Source: a virus
Virus genome (UHGV): UHGV-0188329
Length of the DNA: 41,700 nt
Strand: one strand, 5' to 3'
Made by a program: the position numbers and the translations under genes. This document shows positions 7,905-18,595 of this stretch, piece after piece (within the stretch, counting starts at the first letter, position 1; every line of letters begins with the position of its first letter). Below the pieces are notes generated by a model. That model was not told where the DNA came from, made no database searches, and was given only the letters and a program-made list of their open reading frames with translations.

Positions 7905-9277
7905 GACAGGATATCGAAGCGAGCGTTATCGGTGGCCTGCTGATTGGTGGATTAACACCAACCGCCAGCGACGTTCTGGCAACGCTTGAGCCGGAAGCGT
8001 TTTCAATTCCGCTCTACCGGAAAGCCTTCGAGGTTATCCGCAAGCAGGCGCGAAACAGAAACCTAATCGACGCGCTGATGGTTGCCGAGGAGTGCGGAGA
8101 GGAGCATTTCACGTCAATCCTGATGACCAGCAAAAACTGCCCGAGTGCCGCAAACCTGAAGGGATATGCCGGAATGGTCGCGGATAACTATCACCGCCGT
8201 CTGGTGCTGGAAATCATGGATGAAATGCGTGAACCAATTCAGAGCGGAACCATCGACGCATCGAGTCAGGCGATGGATGAACTTGTAAAACGTCTCTCAG
8301 CTATCAGAAAGCCCCGTGACGAGGTTAAACCTGTACGGTTAGGGGAAATCATCACTGACTACACTGACACGCTTGACAGGCGTCTGAGGAACGGAGAAGA
8401 GTCAGATACCCTGAAGACCGGAATCGAAGAACTTGACGCCATCACCGGAGGGATGAACGCAGAAGACCTGGTGATTATCGCCGCTCGTCCTGGTATGGGG
8501 AAAACCGAGCTGGCGCTGAAGATTGCCGAAGGCGTTGCAAGCCGCGCTATTCCTGGTTCTGACGTCCGGCGCGGAGTGTTGATTTTCTCGATGGAAATGA
8601 GCGCATTGCAGATTGCAGAGCGAAGCATTGCCAACGCCGGGAGGATGTCGGTTAGCGTGCTGCGAAATCCTGCATCGATGGATGACGAAGGCTGGGCGCG
8701 TGTTGCTAACGGCATGAGTCAGCTTGCAGATTTGGATGTATGGGTAGTCGATGCCTCGCGGTTATCGGTCGAAGAAATACGCTCAATCGCAGAACGGCAC
8801 AAACAGGAAAATCCAAACCTGTCACTCATCATGGCGGATTATCTTGGCCTGATTGAGAAGCCGAAAGCAGACCGCAACGACCTCGCAATTGCTCACATCT
8901 CCGGAAGCCTGAAGGCGATGGCGAAAGACCTGAAAACGCCTGTTATCTCCCTGAGTCAGCTTTCGCGCGATGTTGAGAAGCGACCAAACAAACGCCCGAC
9001 AAACGCAGATTTGCGTGATTCAGGAAGCATTGAACAGGACGCAGACTCAATCATCATGCTCTATCGGGAAGCGGTATATGATGAGAACAGTAGCGCCGCG
9101 CCATTTGCTGAAATCATCGTGACGAAAAACCGTTTTGGCTCGCTTGGTACAGTTTACCAGCGGTTCTGTAACGGACACTTTGTTGCATGTGACCAGGATG
9201 AAGCCAGACAGATTTGCACAACATCAAATGCACCTGCTGCGCGTGGCAGACGATATGCACAAGGGGCTGACGTATGA
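7901..9277 (+). CDS. DnaB-like replicative DNA helicase
   Basis: 458 aa; Walker [10 protein letters not shown], Walker B-like LIMADYLG; DnaB-family layout. Confidence 0.85.
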   Translation: MRQDIEASVIGGLLIGGLTPTASDVLATLEPEAFSIPLYRKAFEVIRKQARNRNLIDALMVAEECGEEHFTSILMTSKNCPSAANLKGYAGMVADNYHRRLVLEIMDEMREPIQSGTIDASSQAMDELVKRLSAIRKPRDEVKPVRLGEIITDYTDTLDRRLRNGEESDTLKTGIEELDAITGGMNAEDLVIIAARPGMGKTELALKIAEGVASRAIPGSDVRRGVLIFSMEMSALQIAERSIANAGRMSVSVLRNPASMDDEGWARVANGMSQLADLDVWVVDASRLSVEEIRSIAERHKQENPNLSLIMADYLGLIEKPKADRNDLAIAHISGSLKAMAKDLKTPVISLSQLSRDVEKRPNKRPTNADLRDSGSIEQDADSIIMLYREAVYDENSSAAPFAEIIVTKNRFGSLGTVYQRFCNGHFVACDQDEARQICTTSNAPAARGRRYAQGADV

Positions 9278-9302
9278 CCATCTACATCACTGAGCTAATA
9301 AC

Positions 9303-9334
9303 AGGCCTGCTGGTAATCGCAGGCCTTTTTATTT
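9303..9334 (+). terminator. Intrinsic terminator between helicase and nin region (tR2-like)
   Basis: AGGCCTGC/GCAGGCCT stem followed by TTTTTATTT. Confidence 0.55.
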
Positions 9335-9350
9335 GGGGGAGAGGGAAGTC

Positions 9351-9791
9351 ATGAAAAAACTAACCTTTGAAATTCGATCTCCAGCACATCAGCAAAACGC
9401 TATCCACGCAGTACAGCAAATCCTTCCAGACCCAACCAAACCAATCGTAGTAACCATTCAGGAACGCAACCGCAGCTTAGACCAAAACAGGAAGCTATGG
9501 GCCTGCTTAGGTGACGTCTCTCGTCAGGTTGAATGGCATGGTCGCTGGCTGGATGCAGAAAGCTGGAAGTGTGTGTTTACCGCAGCATTAAAGCAGCAGG
9601 ACGTTGTTCCTAACCTTGCCGGGAATGGTTTTGTGGTAATAGGCCAGTCAACCAGCAGGATGCGTGTAAGCGAATTTGCGGAGTTATTAGAGCTTATACA
9701 GGCATTCGGTACAGAGCGTGGCGTTAAGTGGTCAGACGAAGCGCGACTGGCTCTGGAGTGGAAAGCGCGATGGGGAGACCGGGCAGCATGA
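9351..9791 (+). CDS. ninB: NinB (Orf-family recombination mediator)
   Basis: [23 protein letters not shown] matches lambda NinB; ATG at 9351 with G-rich RBS preferred over the TTG at 9333 in the ORF track. Confidence 0.8.
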   Translation: MKKLTFEIRSPAHQQNAIHAVQQILPDPTKPIVVTIQERNRSLDQNRKLWACLGDVSRQVEWHGRWLDAESWKCVFTAALKQQDVVPNLAGNGFVVIGQSTSRMRVSEFAELLELIQAFGTERGVKWSDEARLALEWKARWGDRAA

Positions 9792-9961
9792 TGCGATGTT
9801 ATCGGTGCGGTGAATGCAAAGAAGATAACCGCTTCCGACCAAATCAACCTTACTGGAATCGATGGTGTCTCCGGTGTGAAAGAACACCAACAGGGGTGTT
9901 ACCACTACCGCAGGAAAAGGAGGACGTGTGGCGAGACAGCGACGAAGTATCACCGACATAA
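9788..9961 (+). CDS. ninD: NinD-like small Cys-rich protein (57 aa)
   Basis: ATGA overlap with ninB stop; CYRCGEC ... CLRC zinc-finger-like motif; lambda nin-region order. Confidence 0.5.
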
Positions 9962-10104
9962 TCTGTGAAAACTGCAAATACCTTCCAACGAAACGCTCCA
10001 GAAATAAACGCAAGCCAATCCCAAAAGAATCTGACGTAAAAACCTTCAATTACACGGCTCACCTGTGGGATATCCGGTGGCTAAGACATCGTGCGAGGAA
10101 ATGA
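9928..10104 (+). CDS. ninE: NinE-like protein (58 aa, GTG start)
   Basis: AGGAGG RBS 4-5 nt before GTG; basic small protein; below ORF-track cutoff. Confidence 0.45.
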
Positions 10105-10481
10105 CAATGGATTATTCACAGTTAAGTGATTTTGAAATTAACTTAAAAGTCGCGCATATCGTGCTAGGAAAAAACAATTACGACTGGGATCCAGAAAAGA
10201 AAGAAGTTTACTTGGCTGGAATTGATGGTGGTGAGTTTTTGCCTTGCGGATATTTTGACCCATGTAATATGGCCGCTGACGCATATCCGATCATCACTGA
10301 AAACAAAATTAGCACCATGTGGATGACAGCGGAAAAAGAATGGTGCGCATGGTCAGGAGGTGATTTAGAGGAAGGTTGTTGGGAATGGGAAAATATTCCT
10401 GGCTACTACTTCTGCGGCGAATCGCCTCTCCGCGCCGCCATGATTGTCTTTCTCATGATGCAGGACGCCAATAATGCTTAG
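10101..10481 (+). CDS. Hypothetical nin-region protein (about 126 aa)
   Basis: ATG overlaps ninE-like stop (ATGA); Trp/Cys-rich; start is internal to the ORF-track 10065 frame. Confidence 0.45.
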
Positions 10482-10650
10482 CCCATCCCAATCCCTTCAA
10501 TACCAGAAAGAAAGCGTCGAGCGGGCTTTAACGTGCGCTAACTGCGGCCAGAAGCTGCATGTGCTGGAAGTTCACGTGTGTGAGCACTGCTGCGCAGAAC
10601 TGATGAGCGATCCGAATAGCTCAATGTACGAGGAAGAAGACGATGAGTGA
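10474..10650 (+). CDS. ninF: NinF-like protein (58 aa)
   Basis: [29 protein letters not shown] resembles lambda NinF; below ORF-track cutoff. Confidence 0.55.
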   Translation: MLSPSQSLQYQKESVERALTCANCGQKLHVLEVHVCEHCCAELMSDPNSSMYEEEDDE

Positions 10651-10912
10651 TTTCTCTGAGCTTATTTCCTTCAAAAAAGACAGAGAAGAAATGCGGACTG
10701 AATCTGTCTATTACGTTCAACACCGGAATAAACGCTCTGTGCTTGATCAGGAGCTGGTTATTACCGGAGACCTGGCATTCAGAACATATAAGGCCAGCAT
10801 GGAAATGAAGGATTTCCCTAAATGTGGTTCTGAAAGAGAAGCCGCGTTAAAGCTGGCTGAGTGGATGCAGAGAATGGCTGCTGCAATTGAGAATTACTGG
10901 AGTGAACCATAA
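10643..10912 (+). CDS. Hypothetical nin-region protein (89 aa)
   Basis: ORF with ATGA overlap to the upstream gene. Confidence 0.45.
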   Translation: MSDFSELISFKKDREEMRTESVYYVQHRNKRSVLDQELVITGDLAFRTYKASMEMKDFPKCGSEREAALKLAEWMQRMAAAIENYWSEP

Positions 10913-11202
10913 TGGCTAACCTACGCAAAGAAGCACGCGGCAGAGAATGCCAGGTACGTATTTACGGCGTATGCAATGGCAACCCTGAAACTACAGTTCT
11001 GGCACATTACCGGATGGCTGGAATTTGCGGAACGGGAATGAAGCCTGACGACCTGATCGGTGCATGGGCTTGTAGTGCGTGTCACGATGAAATCGACCGA
11101 CGCACCCATAATCTCGACAACAAAGACGCCAGACTTTACCACCTCGAAGGCGTGATCAGAACGCAGGCGATACTGCTGAGGGAGGGGAAGATTAAGTCAT
11201 GA
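10912..11202 (+). CDS. DUF1364-family protein (YbcO-like, putative nuclease)
   Basis: ARGRECQVRIYGVCNGNPETTVLAH ... CSACHDEIDRRTH resembles DLP12 YbcO family. Confidence 0.6.
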   Translation: MANLRKEARGRECQVRIYGVCNGNPETTVLAHYRMAGICGTGMKPDDLIGAWACSACHDEIDRRTHNLDNKDARLYHLEGVIRTQAILLREGKIKS

Positions 11203-11561
11203 ACGAATATCAGTTTGTGCTTCCATACCCGCCATCGGTGAATACCTACTGGCGAAGACGGGGAAGCCAATACTACATCAGCGATAAAGGCCAGAAATAC
11301 CGAAAAGACGTTCAGCAAATCATCCGCCAACTCAAGTTAGATATTTTCACCAAATCACGACTCCGCATCAAAGTCATCGCAGACGTTCCAGACTCCCGCC
11401 GCCGCGACCTCGACAACATCCTGAAAGGTTTACTCGACTCCCTTATCCACGCCGGATTTGCGGAAGACGACGAGCAATTCGATGACATTCGCGTAATTCG
11501 TGGCGTGAAAGTACCAGGCGGAAGGCTTGGAATAAAAATCACCGAACTGGAGAACGCATGA
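11199..11561 (+). CDS. rusA: RusA-family Holliday junction resolvase
   Basis: 120 aa; PPSVNTYW N-terminus and conserved acidic residues; nin-region position. Confidence 0.8.
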   Translation: MNEYQFVLPYPPSVNTYWRRRGSQYYISDKGQKYRKDVQQIIRQLKLDIFTKSRLRIKVIADVPDSRRRDLDNILKGLLDSLIHAGFAEDDEQFDDIRVIRGVKVPGGRLGIKITELENA

Positions 11562-11746
11562 ACGCCACAATTCAAACGATACCAGAGCTTCTTATCCAGA
11601 CACGAGGCAATCAGACCGAAGTGGCGAGGATGCTTTCCTGCGCAAGAGGAACAGTGCTCAAGTACAACCGAGACAGCAAAGGCGAGCGTCACGTAATAGT
11701 TAACGGCGTCCTGATGGTCAAACAGGGCAAGAGGGGTAGACCATGA
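11558..11746 (+). CDS. ninH: NinH-like protein (62 aa)
   Basis: GNQTEVARMLSCARGTVLKY motif resembles lambda NinH. Confidence 0.6.
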   Translation: MNATIQTIPELLIQTRGNQTEVARMLSCARGTVLKYNRDSKGERHVIVNGVLMVKQGKRGRP

Positions 11747-12366
11747 GACTCGAAAGTGTAGCTAAATTTCATTCGCCAAAAAGCCCGATGATGAGCGACT
11801 CACCACGGGCTACGGCTTCTGACTCTCTTTCCGGTACTGATGTGATGGCTGCTATGGGGATGGCGCAATCACAAGCCGGATTCGGAATGGCTGCATTCTG
11901 CGGTAAGCATGAACTCAGCCAGAACGACAAACAAAAGGCTATCAACTATCTGATGCAATTTGCACACAAGGTATCGGGGAAATACCGTGGTGTGGCAAAG
12001 CTCGAAGGAAATACTAAGGCAAAGGTACTGCAAGTGCTCGCAACATTCGCTTATGCGGATTATTGCCGTAGTGCCGCGACGCCGGGCGCAAGATGCAGAG
12101 ATTGTCACGGTACAGGCCGTGCGGTTGATATAGCAAAAACAGAGCAGTGGGGGAGAGTTGTTGAGAAAGAATGCGGAAGATGCAAAGGTGTCGGCTATTC
12201 AAGAATGCCAGCAAGCGCCGCATATCGCGCTGTGACGATGCTAATCCCAAACCTTACCCAACCCACCTGGTCACGCACTGTTAAGCCGCTGTATGACGCT
12301 CTGGTGGTGCAATGCCACAAAGAAGAGTCAATCGCAGACAACATTTTGAATGCGGTCACACGTTAG
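11743..12366 (+). CDS. Q: Late antiterminator Q (DLP12 QuuD / phage 82-like)
   Basis: 207 aa immediately upstream of a lambda-type pR'; Cys cluster CRDCHGTG ... CGRCKG; resembles DLP12 QuuD. Confidence 0.75.
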   Translation: MRLESVAKFHSPKSPMMSDSPRATASDSLSGTDVMAAMGMAQSQAGFGMAAFCGKHELSQNDKQKAINYLMQFAHKVSGKYRGVAKLEGNTKAKVLQVLATFAYADYCRSAATPGARCRDCHGTGRAVDIAKTEQWGRVVEKECGRCKGVGYSRMPASAAYRAVTMLIPNLTQPTWSRTVKPLYDALVVQCHKEESIADNILNAVTR

Positions 12367-12408
12367 CAGCATGATTGCCACGGATGGCAACATATTAACG
12401 GCATGATA

Positions 12409-12437
12409 TTGACTTTTTGAATAAAGTTGGGTAAATT
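12409..12437 (+). promoter_or_regulatory. Late promoter pR' (-35 TTGACT, 17-bp spacer, -10 TAAATT) with presumed qut site
   Basis: Promoter hexamers identical to lambda pR' with correct spacing directly downstream of Q. Confidence 0.7.
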
Positions 12438-12473
12438 TGACTCAACGATGGATAAATGCACTCGTTAAATAAA

Positions 12474-12502
12474 GCCCTGAGTTAATAGCTCGGGGCTTTT
12501 TG
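12474..12502 (+). terminator. tR' intrinsic terminator of the short pR' transcript
   Basis: GCCCUGAG/CUCGGGGC stem (one G-U pair) followed by UUUUUG about 60 nt after the predicted start. Confidence 0.65.
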
Positions 12503-12799
12503 CGTTTTAAGCACGGCCTTTCTGAAAGCACATCAAACCAAATACCAGACAGACAAAAATAATCACCTTATCCGCTGTGGCTACGGTGCGGTGTGCTTTG
12601 CATAAAAGAAAACCAGCGCAATGGCTGGCTTCGTGAAAGCGGGTGGCAAGAAGTTGCGCTAACAACCTCATGCCGTTTTGCCCGTGCATATCGGTCACGA
12701 ACAAATCTGATTACTAAACACAGTAGCCTGGATTTGTTCTATCAGTAATCGACCTTATTCCTAATTAAATAGAGCAAATCCCCTTATTGGGGGTAAGAC

Positions 12800-13123
12800 A
12801 TGAAGATGCCAGAAAAACATGACCTGTTAGCCGCCATTCTCGCGGCAAAGGAACAAGGCATCGGGGCAATCCTTGCGTTTGCAATGGCGTACCTTCGCGG
12901 CAGATATAATGGCGGTGCGTTTACAAAAACAGTAATCGACGCAACGATGTGCGCCATTATCGCCTGGTTCATTCGTGACCTTCTCGACTTCGCCGGACTA
13001 AGTAGCAATCTCGCTTATATAACGAGCGTGTTCATCGGCTACATCGGTACTGACTCGATTGGTTCGCTTATCAAACGCTTCGCTGCTAAAAAAGCCGGAG
13101 TAGAAGATGGTGGAAATCAATAA
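12800..13123 (+). CDS. S: Holin S (lambda-type class I, dual-start MKM)
   Basis: Translation matches lambda S over essentially its whole length, including the Met1-Lys2-Met3 dual start. Confidence 0.9.
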   Translation: MKMPEKHDLLAAILAAKEQGIGAILAFAMAYLRGRYNGGAFTKTVIDATMCAIIAWFIRDLLDFAGLSSNLAYITSVFIGYIGTDSIGSLIKRFAAKKAGVEDGGNQ

Positions 13124-13583
13124 TCAACGTAAGGCGTTCCTCGATATGCTGGCGTGGTCAGAGGGAACTGATAACGGACGGCAGAAAACCAGAAATCATG
13201 GTTATGACGTCATTGTAGGAGGAGAGCTATTCACTGATTACTCCGATCACCCTCGCAAACTTGTCACGCTAAACCCCAAACTCAAATCAACAGCAGCCGG
13301 ACGTTACCAGCTTCTTTCCCGTTGGTGGGATGCCTATCGTAAGCAGCTTGGCCTGAAAGACTTCTCTCCGAAAAGCCAGGACGCTGTTGCGCTGCAGCAG
13401 ATTAAGGAGCGTGGCGCTTTACCGATGATTGATCGCGGTGATATCCGTCAGGCTATCGACCGTTGCAGCAATATCTGGGCTTCACTGCCGGGTGCTGGTT
13501 ATGGTCAGTTCGAGCATAAGGCAGACAGCCTGATTGCAAAATTCAAAGAAGCAGGCGGAACGGTCAGAGAGATTGAGGTATGA
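13107..13583 (+). CDS. R: Endolysin R (lambda-type lytic transglycosylase)
   Basis: Translation matches lambda R (158 aa); overlaps S end. Confidence 0.9.
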   Translation: MVEINNQRKAFLDMLAWSEGTDNGRQKTRNHGYDVIVGGELFTDYSDHPRKLVTLNPKLKSTAAGRYQLLSRWWDAYRKQLGLKDFSPKSQDAVALQQIKERGALPMIDRGDIRQAIDRCSNIWASLPGAGYGQFEHKADSLIAKFKEAGGTVREIEV

Positions 13584-14017
13584 GTAGAGTAACCGCGATT
13601 ATCTCCGCTCTGGTTATCTGCATCATCGTCTGCCTGTCATGGGCTGTTAATCATTACCGTGATAATGCAATCGCCTACAAAGAGCAGCGCGATAAAGCCA
13701 CATCCATCATCGCTGATATGCAGAAGCGGCAACATGATGTAGCAGAACTCGACGCCAGATACACAAAGGAGCTTGCTGATGCTAACGCGACTATCGAAAG
13801 TCTCCGTGCTGATGTTTCTGCTGGTCGTAAGCGCCTGCAAGTCGCCGCCACCTGTACAAAGTCAACGACCGGAGCCAGCAGCATGGGCGATGGAGAAAGC
13901 CCAAGACTTACAGCAGATGCTGAACTCAATTATTACCGTCTCCGAAGTGGAATCGACAAGATAACCGCGCAGGTTAACTATCTGCAGGAATACATCAGGA
14001 CGCAATGCCTGAAATGA
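13580..14017 (+). CDS. Rz: Spanin inner-membrane subunit Rz (i-spanin)
   Basis: N-terminal TM helix [19 protein letters not shown] matches lambda Rz; C-terminal half diverged. Confidence 0.8.
   Translation: MSRVTAIISALVICIIVCLSWAVNHYRDNAIAYKEQRDKATSIIADMQKRQHDVAELDARYTKELADANATIESLRADVSAGRKRLQVAATCTKSTTGASSMGDGESPRLTADAELNYYRLRSGIDKITAQVNYLQEYIRTQCLK
13773..13964 (+). CDS. Rz1: Spanin outer-membrane lipoprotein Rz1 (o-spanin), embedded in +1 frame of Rz
   Basis: Signal peptide with lipobox-like VVSAC followed by Pro-rich segment; nested in Rz as in lambda. Confidence 0.6.
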   Translation: MLMLTRLSKVSVLMFLLVVSACKSPPPVQSQRPEPAAWAMEKAQDLQQMLNSIITVSEVESTR

Positions 14018-14053
14018 TCGGGCGATGAAAACCAAAAAAAACAGGAGCAATAC

Positions 14054-14329
14054 ATGACTAAGCTTTATCACCGCATCTCAACTTTTCTCTCTGGTTGCTG
14101 GGCGTTTATCACGTCTATTTCGTTCGCCATCTTTAGTTTCGGTAGCACAGCGTGCTCGCTTAGTCGGGGTCTGTGGCGTGCTATTTCAGCACTAGCGCCG
14201 AAATTTTTACCTGAAAAGGCTGTTTGGCGAATTGTAGAGCGAATGTGTAGTGAGAGCGTTCGCGAGAAGATTAACGTATTTGGACGTCATCCTCGAAATA
14301 CAGGCGCATTGTGCAGTCCGTTACTGTAG
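14054..14329 (+). CDS. Hypothetical protein at the lysis/packaging module junction (91 aa)
   Basis: AGGAG RBS 7 nt upstream; hydrophobic N-terminus; hairpin 14338-14359 after stop; no family recognised. Confidence 0.3.
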   Translation: MTKLYHRISTFLSGCWAFITSISFAIFSFGSTACSLSRGLWRAISALAPKFLPEKAVWRIVERMCSESVREKINVFGRHPRNTGALCSPLL

Positions 14330-14691
14330 TCATTACAAAGCCCATCTACGGGTGGGCTTGATAATGAAACCGGAATTTATTCTGGGCAACCAGTTACGGC
14401 AGTGCCGCGAAACAACCCAAGCCAGAAAGTGGGGAAATAACACTGGCAGCCACTGAAAGATGAACCTCCAGCCTTATGGCAAAAAAGATTCTTTGTGGTG
14501 GCGGACTGATGGAAAGACATCGGTTATTGCAGAGACCATTCAATGAGTGGTCTCGACAATGGCTTATACCCTACACGGGATAACTTAACTGATATCCCCA
14601 CAAGCGGATAAAGAGGTCCCTCAATGTCAGGAATCTACTTTTAGTCCTAGTAATGATGAACTAGATATCAGTTGAGTCGCTTGGGTGGTGA

Positions 14692-14928
14692 TTACGATTC
14701 TGCTTCAAACTCAGAAATTAGTTGATGAACACGTTCAGTATATGATGGGTTAGAACCTAGAAACTCTTCCACTGTCTGAATGGTTTCATCACCCTCCCAT
14801 TCAAAATGGCTCACAGGTGACGAATGACCAGCCCTGACTTGGTAGGAGCCATTGTCCAATTTGTCCAGGAATATATAAGTTTCATTATCATGACCTGTAT
14901 TTCGGTAAAAAATTTGCTTTGAGTTCAT
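14692..14928 (-). CDS. Hypothetical acidic protein (78 aa) divergent from terminase small subunit gene
   Basis: GAGGA about 10 nt upstream of ATG on minus strand; only 24 bp from the terminase small subunit start. Confidence 0.4.
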   Translation of the reverse strand: MNSKQIFYRNTGHDNETYIFLDKLDNGSYQVRAGHSSPVSHFEWEGDETIQTVEEFLGSNPSYTERVHQLISEFEAES

Positions 14929-14952
14929 TAAAGAAATCCTCTAGAGAAAACT

Positions 14953-15504
14953 ATGGCACTCACCGACAAACAAGAGATGTTCTGTCGCGAGTACCTCATC
15001 GATTTAAACGCCACACAAGCGGCTATTCGGGCGGGGTACAGCGCAAAGACAGCTAACCGTACCGCATCCGAAAACCTGTCAAAACCTGACATACAATTCA
15101 GAATCGCCGAACTGAAAGCGCAACGCAATGATCTTGTTGGTATTAATGCAGAATATGTACTTAATCGCCTTATTGAAATCGACCAGATGGATGTGCTCGA
15201 CATTCTCCTGCAAAACGGTGAGCTAAAGCCCATTAAAGACTGGCCTAAGGTATGGCGCACAACGCTATCAGGAATGGATGTCGTGGAGATAGTATCCGCA
15301 GATAGCGCCGCACTTCTGAAGAAAATCAAATGGCCTGATAAGGTTAAAAACCTTGAGTTGCTCGGGCGTCATGTTTCTGTTCAGGCGTTTAAAGACAATG
15401 TCAAAAATGAAGTGACTGGTGCTGACGGAGGACCAGTCAGAACAGAAATTACCAACTTAACGCCGGAGCAGGCTGCAGAAGCGTATAAAAAAATGATGGG
15501 CTAA
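14953..15504 (+). CDS. Terminase small subunit (P27/Terminase_2-like)
   Basis: N-terminal [33 protein letters not shown] typical of this family; immediately precedes large subunit. Confidence 0.7.
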   Translation: MALTDKQEMFCREYLIDLNATQAAIRAGYSAKTANRTASENLSKPDIQFRIAELKAQRNDLVGINAEYVLNRLIEIDQMDVLDILLQNGELKPIKDWPKVWRTTLSGMDVVEIVSADSAALLKKIKWPDKVKNLELLGRHVSVQAFKDNVKNEVTGADGGPVRTEITNLTPEQAAEAYKKMMG

Positions 15505-15506
15505 GT

Positions 15507-17129
15507 ATGCCGTTACCATTTCCCTTCGATTTTAAACATCCTGATTACCAGATGGTTTTTGAATGGCGGATGGAACGCTTACAGCGCATTCGCCAGAACC
15601 CTGAAATATTGCCAGCACTAAAACAGTTTTACCGAACCAACCCGGCTCAGTTCATCATCGACTGGGGCATGACAACGGACCCGCGTAATATTGATTATGG
15701 CCTGCCGGTGACCATTCCGTTTTTACTCTTCCCTAAGCAGGAGGAGTGGATCCACTGGATTATGGAACGCTGGGGCAATCGGGAGAATGGTATTACCGAA
15801 AAATCCCGTGAAATGGGGCTCAGTTGGACCGCGATCGGACTGGCATGTTCGCTTTGTCTCTTCAACAAAGAAATGGTTATCGGTTTCGGCTCCCGTAAAG
15901 AGGAATACGTCGACAGCACCGGTGACCCGAAAGCATTGTTCTGGAAGGCGCGCAAGTTCGTGGAAACACTACCTGTAGAGTTTCGCGGTTCGTGGAGCGA
16001 GAAGAAGCACGCGCCATATATGCGTGTTGAGTTTCCTGATACTGGTGCCGTTATCAAAGGCGAGGCTGGCGATAATATTGGTCGTGGTGACCGTACCACG
16101 CTTTATCTGGTTGATGAGGCTGCATTCCTTCAGCGTCCTCTGCTGATTGATGCGGCGTTGTCACAAACGACGCGTTGCCGTATCGACCTGAGTTCAGTTA
16201 ACGGCATGGCTAACCCGTTCGCTCAGAAGCGTCATGGCGGGAAGATACCGGTATTCACATTCCACTGGCGGGATGATCCTCGCAAGGATGAAGAGTGGTA
16301 TCGCAGGGAATGCGAGAAAATCGATAATCCGGTGGTGGTGGCACAGGAACTTGATCTGAACTACAGCGCATCAGCGGAAGGCGTCCTGATTCCATCCGAA
16401 TGGGTACAGGCTGCCGTTGATGCGCATATCAAACTTGGTATCCAGCCAACAGGCAAACGACTTGGCGCGATGGATGTCGCTGATGAAGGCAGGGACAAAA
16501 ATGCATTTTCCACCCGTCATGGCTTCCTCCTGGAAAATGTGCGGGAATGGTCCGGTGTGGGCAGCGACATTTATCAGTCCGTCGAGAAGGTCTTCGGTTT
16601 TTGCGAACAGGACAACCTCGAAGAGTTTCGCTTTGACGAGGACGGGTTGGGCGCTGGCGTTCGCGGCGATGCACGCGCTATCAACGAACTGCGTAACGCT
16701 GCGCGCCGACCGTCAATACTCGCCACACCGTTTCGAGGTAGTGGCGCGGTATTTGATCCGGACGACGAAGCGGTGCGCGGTGACAACGGACAGGCCGCCC
16801 GCCTGAACAAGGACTTCTTCGCTAACGCCAAAGCCCAGAGCTGGTGGCGGTTACGTAAACTTTTTCAGAATACCTGGCGCGCCGTGGTTGAAGGTATGGC
16901 TTACAACCCGGACGAAATCATCTCAATCAGCAGTAGCATGGCACTCAAAGATAAACTCATCATCGAGCTTTCGCAGCCGACCTATTCCATTAATGGTGTG
17001 GGAAAAATCGTTATTGATAAACAGCCTGACGGCACCAAGTCGCCGAACCTCGCCGACTCGGTGATGATCAGCTACGCGCCAATGAATTCAGCCCTGAACA
17101 TCTGGGAGCTGCTAGGGAGACAGGCCTGA
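15507..17129 (+). CDS. Terminase large subunit
   Basis: 540 aa directly after small subunit; Walker B-like LYLVDEAAF; precedes portal. Confidence 0.75.
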   Translation: MPLPFPFDFKHPDYQMVFEWRMERLQRIRQNPEILPALKQFYRTNPAQFIIDWGMTTDPRNIDYGLPVTIPFLLFPKQEEWIHWIMERWGNRENGITEKSREMGLSWTAIGLACSLCLFNKEMVIGFGSRKEEYVDSTGDPKALFWKARKFVETLPVEFRGSWSEKKHAPYMRVEFPDTGAVIKGEAGDNIGRGDRTTLYLVDEAAFLQRPLLIDAALSQTTRCRIDLSSVNGMANPFAQKRHGGKIPVFTFHWRDDPRKDEEWYRRECEKIDNPVVVAQELDLNYSASAEGVLIPSEWVQAAVDAHIKLGIQPTGKRLGAMDVADEGRDKNAFSTRHGFLLENVREWSGVGSDIYQSVEKVFGFCEQDNLEEFRFDEDGLGAGVRGDARAINELRNAARRPSILATPFRGSGAVFDPDDEAVRGDNGQAARLNKDFFANAKAQSWWRLRKLFQNTWRAVVEGMAYNPDEIISISSSMALKDKLIIELSQPTYSINGVGKIVIDKQPDGTKSPNLADSVMISYAPMNSALNIWELLGRQA

Positions 17130-18595
17130 TGGCACGAAACAAGCAAGCCTCTCAGCGAACGGCGCAGGCCACCGCTGATGGCTACGAGAACTTTGTCGCC
17201 CGCGTGGGGATGCAGACGCCTAACCAGCATTCAGCATCGACCTACCGGGCGAACTTCACCAGCCGCAACCGCATGCTGGTGGAATGGTCCTATCGTTCGT
17301 CCTGGATCATCGGCGAAGCGGTCGACGCTATCCCGGATGATATGACCCGCAAAGGCATTCGCATTACTTCGGAAATTGATGCAAAAGATCGCGGCATTCT
17401 CGAATCACAACTTGATGAGTTGCAGATCTGGGATGCGCTGAACGACGTGCTGAAATGGTCTCGCCTCTACGGCGGCGCGGTCGGCTTCATCATGATCGAG
17501 GGGCAGGCACCAATGACCCCGCTGCGGCTCGAAACCATTGGAGAAGGCAAGTTTAAGGGCATTCTCCCGCTCGACCGCTGGATGATTAACCCGGTCCTGA
17601 CCCGCCGCATTAAAGAGATGGGGCCAGATCTCGGCAAACCTGAGTTTTACGACGTGGTGACCACTGCAACGGGCATCCCGGCCTGGCGCATCCATCACAG
17701 CCGCCTGATTCGCTTCGATGGCGTCACGCTACCATTCCAGCAGAAGATGACCGAAAACGAATGGGGAATGTCGGTTGTAGAGCGTATCTGGGATCGGCTT
17801 ACTGCGTTCGATAGCGCTACTGTCGGCGCGGCGCAGCTGGTCTATAAAGCGCATCTGCGTACCTATAGCGTGGAGAAGTTGCGCGAGCTTATCGCGCTTG
17901 GAGGCCCGGCGTTCGAAGCGTTGCTGAAGAACATCGACCTGATCCGCCAGTTCCAGAGCAATGAAGGTATGACGATCATGGACTCGCGGGATAAGTTCGA
18001 AACCCACCAGTACAGCTTCAGCGGTCTGGATGACATTCTTTCGCAGTTCGCTGAGCAGATCAGCGGTGCCGTTGGTATCCCGCTGGTGCGACTGTTCGGT
18101 CAATCCCCGAAAGGCTTCTCTACTGGTGACGCAGACCTCGCCAACTATTACGACCGGGTGAGCTCATTGCAGGAGCGCCGCTTACGGATGCCGATGCGCC
18201 GGATACTGGACATTATGCACCGCTCGGAACTCGGTAAGCCGCTGCCGGACGATTTCACGTTTGAGTTTAACCCGCTCTGGCAAATGTCTGATGTCGATCG
18301 CTCAACGGTGGCGTTAAACACTACCAACGCAATCAGTACGGCGCTGGGTGATGGTCTGATGACACTGAAAGCCGCTATGACCGATTTGCGCGAAAATTCT
18401 GACGTAACCGGCATCGGGGCATCCATTACCGACGAGGACATAGAGAATGCCGAAGACGAAGCGCCGCCAGGCATCGGCGAACTTGGCGACAAACCGCCAG
18501 AGTCGCCAGGCGGAGATCCGATATCGAACGAGCCTACGGCAGATAGCGCGGGCGGTCGGGGATATCGTAAATGGGCGCTACGATGGTTCAAATGA
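17129..18595 (+). CDS. Portal protein
   Basis: 488 aa; position between terminase and head morphogenesis gene; acidic C-terminus. Confidence 0.7.
   Translation: MARNKQASQRTAQATADGYENFVARVGMQTPNQHSASTYRANFTSRNRMLVEWSYRSSWIIGEAVDAIPDDMTRKGIRITSEIDAKDRGILESQLDELQIWDALNDVLKWSRLYGGAVGFIMIEGQAPMTPLRLETIGEGKFKGILPLDRWMINPVLTRRIKEMGPDLGKPEFYDVVTTATGIPAWRIHHSRLIRFDGVTLPFQQKMTENEWGMSVVERIWDRLTAFDSATVGAAQLVYKAHLRTYSVEKLRELIALGGPAFEALLKNIDLIRQFQSNEGMTIMDSRDKFETHQYSFSGLDDILSQFAEQISGAVGIPLVRLFGQSPKGFSTGDADLANYYDRVSSLQERRLRMPMRRILDIMHRSELGKPLPDDFTFEFNPLWQMSDVDRSTVALNTTNAISTALGDGLMTLKAAMTDLRENSDVTGIGASITDEDIENAEDEAPPGIGELGDKPPESPGGDPISNEPTADSAGGRGYRKWALRWFK

Noticed and set aside
8359-8715. 118-aa minus-strand ORF inside helicase gene
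   Set aside because: Antisense to a well-supported DnaB-like helicase; no independent signals
9274-9354. 26-aa hydrophobic micro-ORF overlapping the helicase stop
   Set aside because: Its coding sequence is the terminator hairpin itself, so the hydrophobic composition follows from stem sequence; no SD
12367-12799. Q-to-S intergenic region checked for cargo (Shiga toxin genes, tRNA genes) and the minus-strand ORF 12507-12704
   Set aside because: Region holds only pR', tR' and the S leader typical of lambda; no toxin-like ORF or tRNA-like sequence; the 65-aa minus ORF lies antisense in this leader and is probably spurious
14054-14329. Possible lipoprotein (LSGC lipobox-like motif) analogous to lambda Bor after Rz
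   Set aside because: Hydrophobic core before the Cys is too short for a signal peptide and the sequence is unlike Bor; kept only as a low-confidence hypothetical CDS
16417-16831. Overlapping plus/minus ORFs (129, 81, 85 aa) inside terminase large subunit
   Set aside because: Alternative-frame and antisense ORFs in a GC-rich stretch of a well-supported gene; Arg/Ser/Pro-rich composition typical of off-frame translation
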